The position numbers and the translations under genes are program-made. The notes below the pieces were generated by a model. It was not told where the DNA came from and searched no databases. It worked only from the letters and a program-made list of their open reading frames with translations. A stretch of DNA of 63,695 bases, counting the filler, from Chiloscyllium plagiosum (taxonomy: Eukaryota): the NCBI RefSeq assembly GCF_004010195.1. It is 3 parts of one record of this genome, joined end to end, with 100 filler letters (N's around TTAATTAATTAA, not from the genome) between each part and the next. Parts side by side here need not be neighbours in the genome. Positions count along the whole stretch, not along the records: positions 1 to 29,705 come from NC_057715.1; 2 more parts are not named here. One strand, 5' to 3'. Within the stretch, counting starts at the first letter, position 1. Each line of letters starts with the position of its first letter. Shown in pieces: positions 12,409 through 24,100 of this stretch.

Positions 12409-12635
12409 TGTAATGAGGTCAGCCAGGTGAACCTCATAGAATATAGGTTCCCTGTTTGGGGCTGTTAACCTGGTCCAATCAGGGAGCCCTGGCTGACAGA
12501 TATAAACAGGAGTTACAGAGGTCCTGTTCCCCTTCAGAGCTGGCTCTGAGAAAGCCGGATCAGTGTCAAGAACTTTCCATATGTAAATAAAGGGTGACTT
12601 GACGACTAGATACTGGCTTCTGTGGATTTATTTCA
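12409..12635 (+). mobile_element. Solo LTR (related inverted copy at about 33658-33860)
   Basis: TG...CA ends with internal CCAAT, TATAAA and AATAAA. Confidence 0.65.
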
Positions 12636-13084
12636 CTTAAAGCCTGGGCAATGAGGCTTTTCATATAGAATACGTCCTCCCTGTGATAGCTTTTATAGAG
12701 GCCCCATGCCTGGCGAAAATCAGAATGTTAATGAGTGCGAAAATAATATTGTGATATTCACTCATGCATGGAGCAGTTTTGCAGATTCATTGTCATTATG
12801 AAATCATGGGTGGCTCAACTGATATTATCAACTACTGTTGCAAAGGGAAATGTTTTTCTCTGCCTTGTGGATAAGATGCATTAAAATAATAATCAGAATA
12901 TAAAAAATGGGAAAAATGAATATATCTTTAGGCATTATAATTGTTGCTTTGTGACATCACTTTCAATAAACACAAGCAAAATTGTCATAACCCATCTTGT
13001 TGGAGTTCTCGTGATGATCTTCAATATTCAAGCAAGTCTTATGCAACTCATTATCACTGCTGTTGCATGCTGATTTCCTTTAGT

Positions 13085-13420
13085 CTTATTGAATCCCCAC
13101 AGCATAGAAGCAGGCCATTCAGCCTATCGAGTTCACACTGACCCTCCAAAGAGCATTCAAACCAGACTCACACCCCCCCAGCCTATAACCCTGCATTCCC
13201 CATGGCTAATCTACCTAGCGCACACATCTCTTGACAATACGGGCAATTTAGTATGACCAATCCCCCTGACCTGCACGTCTTTGGACTGTGGGAGGAGACT
13301 CACACAGACACAAGGAGAAGATACAAACTCCACACAGACAGTCACCCAAGGCTGGAATCAAACCCAGATCCCTGCGCTATGAGGCAGCAGTGCTAACCAC
13401 TGAGCCACTGTGTCACCCAT
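13085..13420 (-). mobile_element. HE1-like tRNA-derived SINE (further copies at about 14553-14882 -, 23668-23935 +, 33520-34071 -, 34515-34870 +, 37260-37555 +, 40020-40356 -, 43950-44250 -, 47985-48285 -, 49735-50030 +, 53305-53645 -, 59680-60030 +)
   Basis: tRNA head (GGTGGCTCAGTGGTTAGCACTGCTGCCTCA), conserved body and a 3' tail shared with the CR1-like LINE. Confidence 0.85.
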
Positions 13421-14039
13421 GCTCATGTGTAATAGTTCAGCTGCCTGCATCTACCTGCTATTACTTCATACCCATGTATTTATTAAAGTTCCATTTGAAT
13501 GTTTTGAATCTGTGTCAATGATTGTATCAGCTGTGCATTCCAGTCATAGTGTAATTGAGATTTACAGCAAAGAAAGAGGCCCTTCAGCCCACTGTGTCCA
13601 TACTGGTAGTCAAGCACCTATCTACTTTAGCCCTGTGTTCCCTAAGAACTAGAAGGAACCCCTCAAGCCTGCCAATTAATACGATCATGGCTGATCTCAT
13701 CTCAGCTTCAACTCCACTTTCCCACCTACTCTCCATAACCCTTTAATCTTTTGTGAATTAAAAAAGCTGTCTGTTATCTCCTCCTTAAATGTATTCAGTT
13801 TCCTGGCATGCACCACCCTCTAGGATATTGAATTCCACTGATGCACAACCCTTTGAGAGAACAACTGAGGCAGTAGGATGGAAAGCATTGTGGAGAAAAC
13901 CCTTCATTGGGAGTGGATTTGATTGTCACGGAAACTTGCATTCCTCCTCAGCAAAATGCCTGTTCAGTTCACTGAGAAATGCTGTTAAACATCACCGCAG
14001 AAGTGGTTTAATGGTTTTGTCAACAGTTTAGCAAGATGT

Positions 14040-14235
14040 CAACAGAGGAACTTACAGTAGGTGGGACTTCCCAGGAAGTCTGACTAACCTTATTGTGAAG
14101 GTAAATGTATAAGCCACGATACACTGAGGAGATTGTGAGGAAGTGGCTTGGGACTTTCTCTCTGAATATGTAATGGACTGTGGTTTCTACATTTGATTAT
14201 AAATGGCACATTGCATAATCACAAATGCAAATTCT
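14040..14235. promoter_or_regulatory. Candidate intronic haematopoietic enhancer
   Basis: Dense cluster of ETS/PU.1, NF-kB-like, STAT-like, RUNX, C/EBP and octamer motifs within about 190 bp of non-repeat sequence. Confidence 0.4.
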
Positions 14236-15949
14236 TCCCTGTCCAATGACATCAGAACAGAGCAAAGCCAACATCCCAACAATTTCAGGATGGTGGTGAA
14301 ATCACCTTGAGGTGATGCATAGGACATAAGAATATAGGAAAACAAAAAAAAAAACCCAGAGAAAACTGCAGATGCTGGAAATCAGAAGCAAAAACCGAAA
14401 ATGCTGGAGAAACTCAGCAGGTCGGAGTTAATGTTTCTGGTCCAGTGACCCTTCTTCATGACTGGTTCTGCAGCGTGATTTCTCTCCACAGACCTGTTCA
14501 GGGTTTCCAGCAATGTCTGTTTGATTTGTAATGCAAGAATATAACTTGATCAGATTAGAATCCCTACAGTGTGAAAACAGGCCCTCTCAGCCCAACAGGT
14601 CCACACTGACCCTCCGAAGAGTAACCCACCCAGACCCATTCCTGTACCTTTTCTTTACCGCTAACTAATGTACCTAACACAATGGGCAGTTTAGCATGGC
14701 CAATTCATCTAACCTGCAATCCTTTGGATTGTGGGAGGAAACTAGAACACTTGAAAGGAACCCACACAGACACGGAGAGAATGTGCAAACTCTGCACAGT
14801 TAGTTGCTCGAGGTAGGAATCAAACCTGGGTCCCAGGTGCTGTGAGGCAGCAGTGCTAACCACTGAGCCACTGTGCTGCCCAAACTTGTGAACCTTTGTG
14901 CCAGGGATCAGAGAAGACTGAAACTTACTGGGGTAACCTTTGAACTGTCATTACTGGAGTAGCTGCCCATGACTGAAGCTGGCCTGATTTTCATTCCATT
15001 GGTCTCCAGAGTGGCAAATTGAAAAGATTGTGAGTACAGGCACCATGCCAACTGTTTGAAGCATTGTCTTTGACCTTCGAATGCAACAAATAACTTTACA
15101 CACAATAATGGACACAAGACAACATGTGAATAAATATCTCAACAAACTAGCACAAAAATTATAGTCTGAATTCCTTGTTTCTCTAAAGTTTTGAGGAGCG
15201 GGCTGCTTAAGGCAAAAACAGAACACGTGGCCTGTAAATAGTTTTACATATGAATTAGGAGCAGAAGTAGGCCATTTGGCCCTTCAACCTATACTTCCAT
15301 TTAATGAAATTATGACTGATCAGTTGTGTTTCAAATTCCACATTTCGATCAACTGTCCATCCCCTCTGCCCAACAAGAATCTACCTCAAAAATATTTAAT
15401 AATCTTGACCCAGGCATCCTTTGAGACAATGTTCCAAAGTTGCACATTCCTCTGAGAGAGAAAAAAAATTCCCTCGTCTCTGACCTAAAGGGGTGACACC
15501 TAATTTTAAAACAGTGTCTGCTTGTTTGAGACTGACCCCCAAGAGTATACATCTTTTCCAAATCCAGCTTAGCAAGACTGTGTAAGGCCTTATGAACTTC
15601 AAGCACATTACCCCTCATTCTTCTAGACTCCAATTAAAACAATTGCAGCCTATCTAATAAATCCTCAAAAGACCAACCACTCATTTCAGGTGTCAATCTA
15701 GTAAATGCCTTCTGAGCTGACTCCATTTACATTGCATTTACATTTCTGCCTTAAATAAAAAAATCAAAGGTGCAAACAGCATTTGAGATATGGTGTCACC
15801 AATCCTCCATATAATTAAGCCATAGCCTCTTTATATTTCTGCTCAATTTCTCTTGAATAAAACATAGCGTCCCCTTAATCACTTGCTGTACGTTTTTGTG
15901 ATTCATGCACCAGAGTACCTGGATGACTCTGGACTTTGGAAATCTTCAG

Positions 15950-16168
15950 AGTTGAGAGTGTGTTGCTGGAAAAGCACAGCAGGGCAGGCAGCATCTGAGG
16001 AGCAGGAAAATCGACGTTTCAGGCAAAGGCCCTTCGTCAGGATCCTGATGAAGGGCTCCAGACCGAAACATCGACTTTCCTGCTCCTCGGATGCTGCCTG
16101 ACCAGCTGTGCTTTTCCAGCAACACACTCTCGACTCTGATCTCCAGCATTTGTCGACCTCACTATCCT
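15950..16168. mobile_element. Penelope-like terminal-repeat hairpin with 16-bp flanking duplication
   Basis: Palindrome centred on tcaggatcctga; ctttggaaatc(t/g)tcag at 15934-15949 and 16169-16184. Confidence 0.75.
16009..16044 (-). ncRNA. Minimal hammerhead ribozyme motif (Penelope-like family 1)
   Basis: Minus strand reads gatc-CTGACGA-A-GGGC-cttt-GCCT-GAAACGTC-gat: core, stem II, ACGT palindrome and GUC site. Confidence 0.6.
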
Positions 16169-16494
16169 CTTTGGAAATCGTCAGTCCTTTTTCATTTAAA
16201 TAATACTCTGCTTTTCTAAAATTCTTCAAAAGGAGTGATTTTACATTTTCCCACATTATACTCCATCTGCCAAACTTTGGCCCATTCACTTAACCTGTCT
16301 ACATCCACCTGAATCCTTGTTATGTTAATCCTCCATGATAGTATTTTACACCTCTGATTTCTCTTCACGGATGCTGCTAGACCTGCTGAGCTTTTCCAGC
16401 AATTTCTAATTTTGTTTCTAATTTACAGTATCTGCAGTTCTTTCGGTCTTTATTTATCCAATATAACCCTGATTCCTTTTCTATCTGCTATAAA

Positions 16495-16920
16495 CTACCC
16501 ATTACAGAGAGTGGTGAACTCAGCCCGGACAATCACAAAGGCCAACCTCCCATCTATAGAATCCATCTACCAGGCCCACTGTCAAGGAAAGGCCTCCAGC
16601 ATTCTTAAAGATCCATCCCACCCTGGCAATGCTTTTTGACAACCTTTACCACCAGGGAGAAGGTGTGTGCCTGAACACACACACCAGCCGATTTCGTAAC
16701 AGTTTCTACCCTAATGTTAGAATACCGAATGGACTCATAAACCCTTAACATTCGCCTATACCTGTGTTTTTGTTTTTGCCACTGTTTACCTATTATTTAC
16801 TTACCTATGCTATTTAACTCTGTGATCTGCCTGTATTGCTCACAAGACAAAGCTTTTCATTGTGCCTCGGTACACATGACAATAAATTCAATTCAATTCA
16901 ACTCAATTTAATTCAATTCT
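16495..16920 (+). mobile_element. Rex/Babar-like LINE 3' end
   Basis: LQRVVNSARTIT...ILKDPSHP and RFRNSFYP; AATAAA followed by a (TTCAA)n tail. Confidence 0.7.
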
Positions 16921-17045
16921 CACCCTCCAGAAGAAAAACACTGCTTTGATTTACTCATTTCCTTTGTCAGATATCTACAGAAAGTCAGGCTTTTATCTTC
17001 GTATTGAATATGTCTGTAATTTTTTCAATTATTTCATTGGCACAG

Positions 17046-17166
17046 GTAATCACATTTCCTCAATCCACAACCTGTCGTGTATGTTTTATAATGACCGAAA
17101 AATGACCTGTACCTGGGGTATTAGCGCACAAGCACCAGCGGATGCACAGTACCGTTTGTCTTATGG
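17046..17166 (+). CDS. Class I cytokine receptor, domain 1 first exon (C..C-x-W)
   Basis: Acceptor ttcattggcacag, donor GTAAGT at 17167, phase 1 to 2. Encodes NHISSIHNLSCMFYNDRKMTCTWGISAQAPADAQYRLSY, matching the NLSC..CTW..AP.D.QY pattern of beta-common-family alpha chains. Confidence 0.92.
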
Positions 17167-18376
17167 GTAAGTGTAAACATTTACTCATTTACGCAACTGT
17201 CTAGAGCCTGAAATGGCTGTTTTGAGTTCTATCAGAATTTAAGAGATGGTGCGTTTCAATTCAAAAGCAAAATTGTGCAGACTGTGGAAATCTGATATTA
17301 AGAGCAGAAAATCTTCAGCTAATCTGGCAGCATCTGTGGAAACAGAAGCAGGGTTAAGAGGCAGAACGGTCTGGAGCCTGCGGAGGCAGGGCCAGGTTAG
17401 TGTTGTGGGCTTCTCCGGCAGCCAAGTTGCAATGTCACTCAGTCCCTTCCCGCCACTCAGATATCTCCCTGCCTTAGGCCATGAGCTGTTGTTACTACAC
17501 CGAACCCAATCAGCCTTTCTCACTCTGCATTCACAATACAATAAAGTTAGCCCCCAAATAGTCGCTCCAGTGGTTCCTAACTTGTGAATAACCAATCCCA
17601 GACTTTGTGAATAATTCATTACTAGACATCAGTTTAGTATCTTAAGTAAAATATTTAACAGTGTATTAGCTGCAAAATAACTTCAGCAGAGAGAAAATTA
17701 AATAACACAGTCAGCTGTTTAATGTCAGCCTCCATTCAAACAGTCAAACAAACAAAGGGAAGGGGTAAATAAATGAAAATATCACATTTAGCTTTGTCTG
17801 ATCGCTGTAAATGTGTACTCCTTGGCTGTTTTCTAAAACATTAAACAGAGTCACCCAGACAAAGGCAGCACTGCTTCAAACTCAGCTTTCTACTCTTTGA
17901 ACTTTTCGAAGCAGTTTATCAGACTAGGCAAGATTGGGTAGTCCCTCTCGCTGTTTGGGAGAGGTGCAACTGCAATAAAGTCAGCCTCTATAGACTAGTT
18001 GGTTAAGGGTGTGGAGGAAGTGGCTAATGGAGTCATCCCTCTAAAGAGAAGGCTATGAGCAGAAATGATCCCTTGAGGGGGACTTTTCTTCTTCATTTGA
18101 CAGGGCCTGCCACCTCATCAACCCCTCGCAAATATTTGAATACATTCACCTATTTGATTGTGCCTCCATTCAGAGGCACTGTCCAATTCTCAGAGCCACC
18201 TTAGCAGAGCATAACAGTCCAGGAGGCTGCTAACGCCCTGAAATTGGGTAAGCAATATCAGGAGTCTGTCCACCATCCTGTCATTACCTTAACTGATGTG
18301 ATAATCATTCTTTCAGAAAAGATGCATTACTCACGCGTGCACACGCTCATTTACTTCTTAAATATGATCTTTCCAG

Positions 18377-18558
18377 GATTTTATATGAACAAAATACCGA
18401 GTCCAGAACAATCTCTCGTAAGAATGGTTGGAGAAATGTGACCTGCCATGTTCAGGACGTTGGCTTTGTGCTCTTCAACGAGATGCAGATTTGTGTCACT
18501 GAATTAGGCCAAAACTTCTCAAAACCTCACTGCATAGATTTGACACCAGTCATCTATT
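18377..18558 (+). CDS. Class I cytokine receptor, domain 1 second exon
   Basis: Acceptor atctttccag, donor GTAAGA, phase 2 to 1, 182 nt open. Encodes ILYEQNTESRTISRKNGWRNVTCHVQDVGFVLFNEMQICVTELGQNFSKPHCIDLTPVIY; RNVTCH resembles the family RNxGCH motif. Confidence 0.85.
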
Positions 18559-18659
18559 GTAAGAGTCATTCATTTTCAATTTATATTGACTTTAGTTCTC
18601 TATTGTAAGATTTATAGCCACAATGGCATTAACAATAAGAATCGAAACCCACCATTAAG

Positions 18660-21590
18660 GGTAGCCCCCCACTCCCACATTAGCCACATTACTGAACGAG
18701 CTGGATGAGTCCTGAAATACATAGTCGCTCGACTGGGTCTGCGGCAGCAGGGTATGGCACTAACAAGAGGGAAAAACATACTTGACCTGATCCTCACCAA
18801 ATTGCCTGCCGCAGATGCATCTGTCCAGGACAGTATCGGTAAGTCTGGCCCCCTCACAATCCTTTGGAGATGTAGTCCCATCTTCCCATTAAGGATAATT
18901 TTCATCATGTGTGGCATGATCACTGTGGTAAATGAGATAGATTTTGAACCGAACTAGCAATGCAAGACTGGGCATCTGTAAGGCATTGTGGACCATCACC
19001 TGCAGCAGAATTGTACTCCACCACAACCTGCAATGTGAGGTTGTGAATGGGAACGGACAATTACACAACTTATTGAAGGAGGAGGGTCTACAAATATCCC
19101 CAGCGATAGGAGAGCGTAGCATATTAGTGCAAGCTATTGTATTTTGTATTTGCTATAATCTTCAGTCAGAAGTGCTGGGTGGATGACCTGCCTCAGCATC
19201 CTGTGGAGGTCCCCAGCATCGCAGATACCAGTCTTCAACCAATTCAATTCACTCTGTGTGATATCAAGGAACGGTAGGAGGCACTGGATACAGCAAAAGC
19301 TAAAAGGCCCTGAAAACATATCAGCAATAGTATTGATGACAGGTGCTCCAGAATTATCTGTGTCCCTAGCCAAGCTCTTCCAGTATAACTACAACTACCT
19401 GGTAATTTTGCAAACACTTCAGGTATGCCGTCTACACTAAAAAACAGCGTATATCCAACCCAGCCAATTACACCCTATCAGTCTATCCTCAATCTTTCTG
19501 TGAAGTAATGGAATGAGTCCTCACGTGCAATCACGGAACATCTACTCAGCAATAACTAGCTCACTGTTGCTCAGTTTGGGTTCCGCCGGGGCACTCAATT
19601 CTTGCATTCATTACTGTCTTCACTCAAACATGAACAAAGAATGAATTCCAAAGGTGAGGTGAGAATGAGTACCCTTGACAGCAAGGCTGCATTTGAGCAA
19701 AAGTCACAACAAGAAACCCAAGCAAACCTGGACTTATTAGGAGTCAGTGCATCTGCTCTTGGACACTTGGAGTCATGTCTAGTACATAGGACAATGCTTT
19801 TGGTTGTCAGAGATCAGTCATCTCAGCTAAAGGACATCTCTCCTCAGGAAACTCAATTGGAAAAGGACATCATTTGTTATTGAATGCCAAAATAGTACCA
19901 CTACTCTTAGAATATAGTCCCAACTGGGAGAGATAGTTCTGCAGACCGAGTCCAGGATCTGTTTTCTTTTCATTTAACTTATTTTCTAATCAGCCTGTTC
20001 ACTGACCTTATTACCCACTTCTGGAGCAGGTGGGACTTGAACTCAAGCCTTCTGGTCCAGGATAAGTACACTACTACTGTGCCACAGGAGGGGCCTTAGG
20101 GTCTGTTTTTTTTTTACCCCAAGACCAGGAAAACACCCGTGTGGCCATTCGAATGTTTGCAAACAAAGCTTATTAAGAGAAAAGCTAACATCAAAAAGTG
20201 AGGGGGGTGGTGGTAGGGAGAGAGGGAAGGGACTAAATCAAAGTTGAGTTGGAGGAGGAAATAAAGCACTCACCTTCCACCCTCAACACAGCCACAAAGT
20301 AAACAGTTGGGTTGATGAGAGTCCATGAACCACAAATAGCAAAGAGTGTGGCATTTGAACACACTTGTGTGGAACACAATGAATTAACAATCTATTGCCC
20401 TAATGTCTCCGTCACCATATCACACCATGGTCTGCTTTATTTTCTTTTATTTTATTTATTTTCTAATTAACCTATTCAAAGGTGTTATTACTCACCTCTG
20501 GAGCAGGTGGGACTTGAACCTGTGCCTCCTGGTCCAGAGATAGAACTCTATTTCTGTGTCATAGGAGGCCCCTCAGGGTCTGCTTTATAAAGGGCTCAAG
20601 TGATGAGTTCCATCTGGGTGGGCCATCGTCTGTTACCAAAGAAACTCATACTCAACAAGCTCCACAGGGAGTTTAATTAATGGGCCTCGTAGGAGCTATC
20701 ACTGTAGGTCCAAACATCTTCAGCTCTTTCATCAATGACCCTCTCTCCATCATAAGGCCAGAAATGGAGATGTTCACAAAGAATTGCACAATGTTTAGCA
20801 CCATTAGCAACTCCTCAGATACTGAAGCTATCCATGTGCAAATGCAGCAAGACCCAGGCAATATTCAGTATTGGGTTAACAAGTAGTAAGTAACTTTGGT
20901 GCCACACAAGTGCCAGGCAATGATCATGTCCAGTAAGAGACAATCTAACCATTGCCCATTGAATTCAATGACATTACCATCACTAAAGCCCTATCGATTT
21001 CCTAGTAATTATCATTGACCATAAACTAAATTGGACTGGCCACTTTTTTCTGTGGCTACAAAAGCAAATGAAAAGTAAGGAATCCTGCAGCAAGTAACTC
21101 ACCGCCTAACTCCACAAAGTCTGTCCACTATCTACAAGGTACAAATCAGGATTGTGATGGAATACTCCTCTTCTTGTTTGGATTAGTGTAGCACCAACAA
21201 TACTCAAAAATACTCTGTTTAGGACCGGGCAGCCCATTTGATTGGCTCTGTATCCACAAGCACCACTCCCTGCACCTCCAATATTCATTCGCAGCGGTGT
21301 TTCCCATCTACAAGATGCACTGAACTTTCCAAACTCATATGCACTACCATCTAAAAGAACAAGGGCAACCGATAAATGGACACACCAACCCTTGGAAATG
21401 CTTCATAATTTCTTCAACGTCATTTGGCCAAAATCCTTGACTTCCAGCAGCATTGTGGGTCTACCTACAGCGTGTGGTCTGTAGGTTTTCAAGAAAACAG
21501 CTTGTCAAGTGCAAATAGAGGGGCAAAAACACTGGTCCCAGCAAATGCCAACCCAGTTAACATCACCAACATTGCATGAATGAATGAGAA
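18660..21590 (+). mobile_element. Degraded CR1/L2-clade LINE with an internal insertion at about 19860-20690
   Basis: TRGKNILDLILT, APELSVSLAKLFQ, QFGF, LDSKAAF and GPNIFSSFIND remnants. Confidence 0.75.
19955..20590 (-). repeat. Two direct repeats of about 150 bp with tRNA-like heads flanking a spacer
   Basis: ttatta..cac.tctggagcaggtgggacttgaac...agggtctg occurs at about 20008-20106 and 20485-20582. Confidence 0.55.
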
Positions 21591-21685
21591 AAGCAAGTGC
21601 TCTGTACCAAATATAATGGCAATGGATGATAATTTGAAGGAACCTGTAACATTTTAACATTAATATATTATCTGTCTTGATTTAG

Positions 21686-21819
21686 ATAAGGTCAGTCCTC
21701 CAATTAACATTACAGTCAAAGAAAATGCAGTAATATGGGATCAACCAGAAGGTACACATCCTTCCTTTGACTTTTATTATCAGATACAAGTCACAGAGCA
21801 GAGTACCAACGTCATGAAG
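21686..21819 (+). CDS. Class I cytokine receptor, domain 2 (FN3) first exon
   Basis: Acceptor tcttgatttag, donor AAG|GTAAAT, phase 1 to 0. Encodes KVSPPINITVKENAVIWDQPEGTHPSFDFYYQIQVTEQSTNVMK (PPxNITV, WxxP, FxYQI). Confidence 0.9.
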
Positions 21820-23234
21820 GTAAATAAGTTTGGATCTCACTAATTGTTTTACTCAACACAATCCCACATCACTTTTACAGCAGCTGTCAAAACTCTGTTC
21901 TCCTGTCCTAAAAATGGTAACACACAATGACTCATTATGCCTGTACTCACTGACTTACATCAACTCCTGGTCTCAAAATGATCCAATTGTATGCTTGTTT
22001 TCGAATTTCTCCTTGAATCGTCAGATTCTTCTCTCTGTCACCTCGTCCAGCGCATGAAACCTCTGAGATCTCTGCTTGAAACCAACTCACCTCCTGTGCA
22101 TCCCTGATGTTCATCACCCCATCATTAACAGTGCCTATCAGTGCCTTGATCCTACATTCCTTGGATTTCCTTCACTAAGTCTCTCTACATCTCCGCCTTC
22201 AGAATGACCTTAAAACCTATCATTTTGATCAAGTTTTAGGTCACATGCTTCTCTTTAGGCACACTATGATGTTGACGATTCTGTTTAAAGGTAAATTATA
22301 GTTGGTGCAGTTATACATATCCCAACCTGTAAATGCAATAAGTAGATGCGCAAAAGGGTCATGTAACAAATGCCTGTATGCATGCAGTCCCTGGCATTGT
22401 TTGCTGTATAAAGTTGCAGAAGATGCTTGGTTCTGAAAGGGTTAATGCTGAGGAGCGCATTAAGCTCCACTCAATATGATGTTGCCATAAAGACTTACTG
22501 GGGAAAACAATGTGGATTTTGAAGGAGATAGACTTACTATTTCAACCTCCTCATGGCCTAGCTAACATACCAATGTTAATTGTACTGGATTCCTATCTTG
22601 CAATAAACTATCTCTTATTTAAGACAAGATCTTTTATATTATCTATCTTGTGGTTTTTCTCTGCCACACTAGACAAAGTAGATCCAGTAGATCCCAACCT
22701 GAAAGGAGGATGGTGGCAGCAAATCTATCTTACAGTGACTAAGAGTCACTGCTAACTCATTCAACATGGTGAGCAGTGGTGAGGATCCATCACCCACAAC
22801 GCTACTAATGAAGCTAGATGTGCAGGATACATTACCCATCATGGTAGTGTCATTGAAAGTCAAGAATGCCAAGAAGATTTTGTTTTATTTCATATAGTGA
22901 TGCCGCTTGCAATTTTTAAACTCAAACTGGAATGTTGCCCACACCCTACTCCAGATTAGCAGGAATAGCTCCATTTCCAGCAGATTGGATAGCATTTTTA
23001 GATAGCGTTAATGTTTAAGATTAACCTTTTCTGATGCAGGGTCATCAACCTGGAAAGTTAACTGTTGCTGTCCCCACACATGCTCTTGAGTATTTCCAGA
23101 ATTTTCTGTTTATGTTTCAGATTTTCAGATACACTGTATACAGTTTGTTGCTTCTCAAGTGGCATCATTTTGTCTTTTCTTCAACATCCATTACCCTATA
23201 GACTAATTTCTCTGCATTAAATTGAAGTAATATA

Positions 23235-24035
23235 AGCCCATAAGAAATAGAAATAGGAGTCTCCCATTCAAGCCCAAGAGCCTGGTCCACCATTTAATAA
23301 GATCATGCTACTTTTCTGCCCATTCCCTGGAACCCTTGATTCCCATGCGGACTAAGAATCTATCTATCTCCTTGTTGAATATACACAAGGACTCTTGCCC
23401 CACAGCTCTCTGTGGCAAAGAGTTCCAAAGTGTTACAATCCTCCGAGAGAAGACAGTTTTCCTCATTCAAGTCTTAAATTGGAGGTCCTTCATTCTGAGA
23501 CTATGCCCTCTGGTCCTAGACTCTCCCAAGAGGGGAACCATCCTCTCCGTACTTACCCTGTCAAGCCCCTTAAAAATCCTATATGTTTCAATGAGTCCCA
23601 ACCTGTTTAACCTTTGCTCATAAGACAGTCCCTTACCTCCATACAAGGGATCATCCGAGTCAAACATCTCAACTCAGACTCAGGCGACTGACTGCGTGGA
23701 GTTTGCACGTTCTCCCTGTGTCTGCGTGGGTTTCCTCTGGGTGCTCCGGTTTCCTCCCACAGTCCAAAAGATGTGCAGGTCAGGTGAATTGGCCATGCTA
23801 AATTGCCCGTAGTGTTAGGTATAGGGGTAAATGTAGAGGTATGGGTGGGTTGCGCTTCGGCGGGTCGGTGTGGACTTGTTGGGCCGAAGGGCCTGTTTCC
23901 ATACTGTAATGTAATCTAATCTAATCTAATCTAATCTCTGAACAACTCCAATGAAATAATATGTTTCCTGAAATCAGGGGACCAAACCATAGTAGTTCAG
24001 GCATGGTCTCACCAGCACCTTGTACAGTTGCAGCC
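23235..24035 (-). mobile_element. CR1 LINE fragment with a nested HE1-like SINE
   Basis: GLSYEQRLNRLGL...GESRTRGHSL. Confidence 0.8.
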
Positions 24036-24100
24036 TTATGAATTGCACTAACGTATATAGCATCATTCATGAAATTCTAATGATTATTATATCATTTTAG

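Larger units (their letters stand above)
15250..16320 (-). mobile_element. Old CR1 LINE fragment, interrupted by a Penelope-like hairpin
   Basis: Degenerate RRMRG..EV.K and FF..R motifs of the CR1 ORF2 C-terminus. Confidence 0.7.

Noticed and set aside
14032..14100. Open segment (..RGTYSRWDFPGSLTNLIVK) before a donor, as an N-terminal-domain exon
   Set aside because: No strong phase-1 acceptor, no partner exon and no family motif; better explained as regulatory sequence.
14905..15029. AG/GT-bounded exon-like segment
   Set aside because: Stops in all three plus-strand frames.
22672..22755. Short open frame after an acceptor within the receptor intron
   Set aside because: Ends in a stop, has no donor, and the flanking exons already join in phase.
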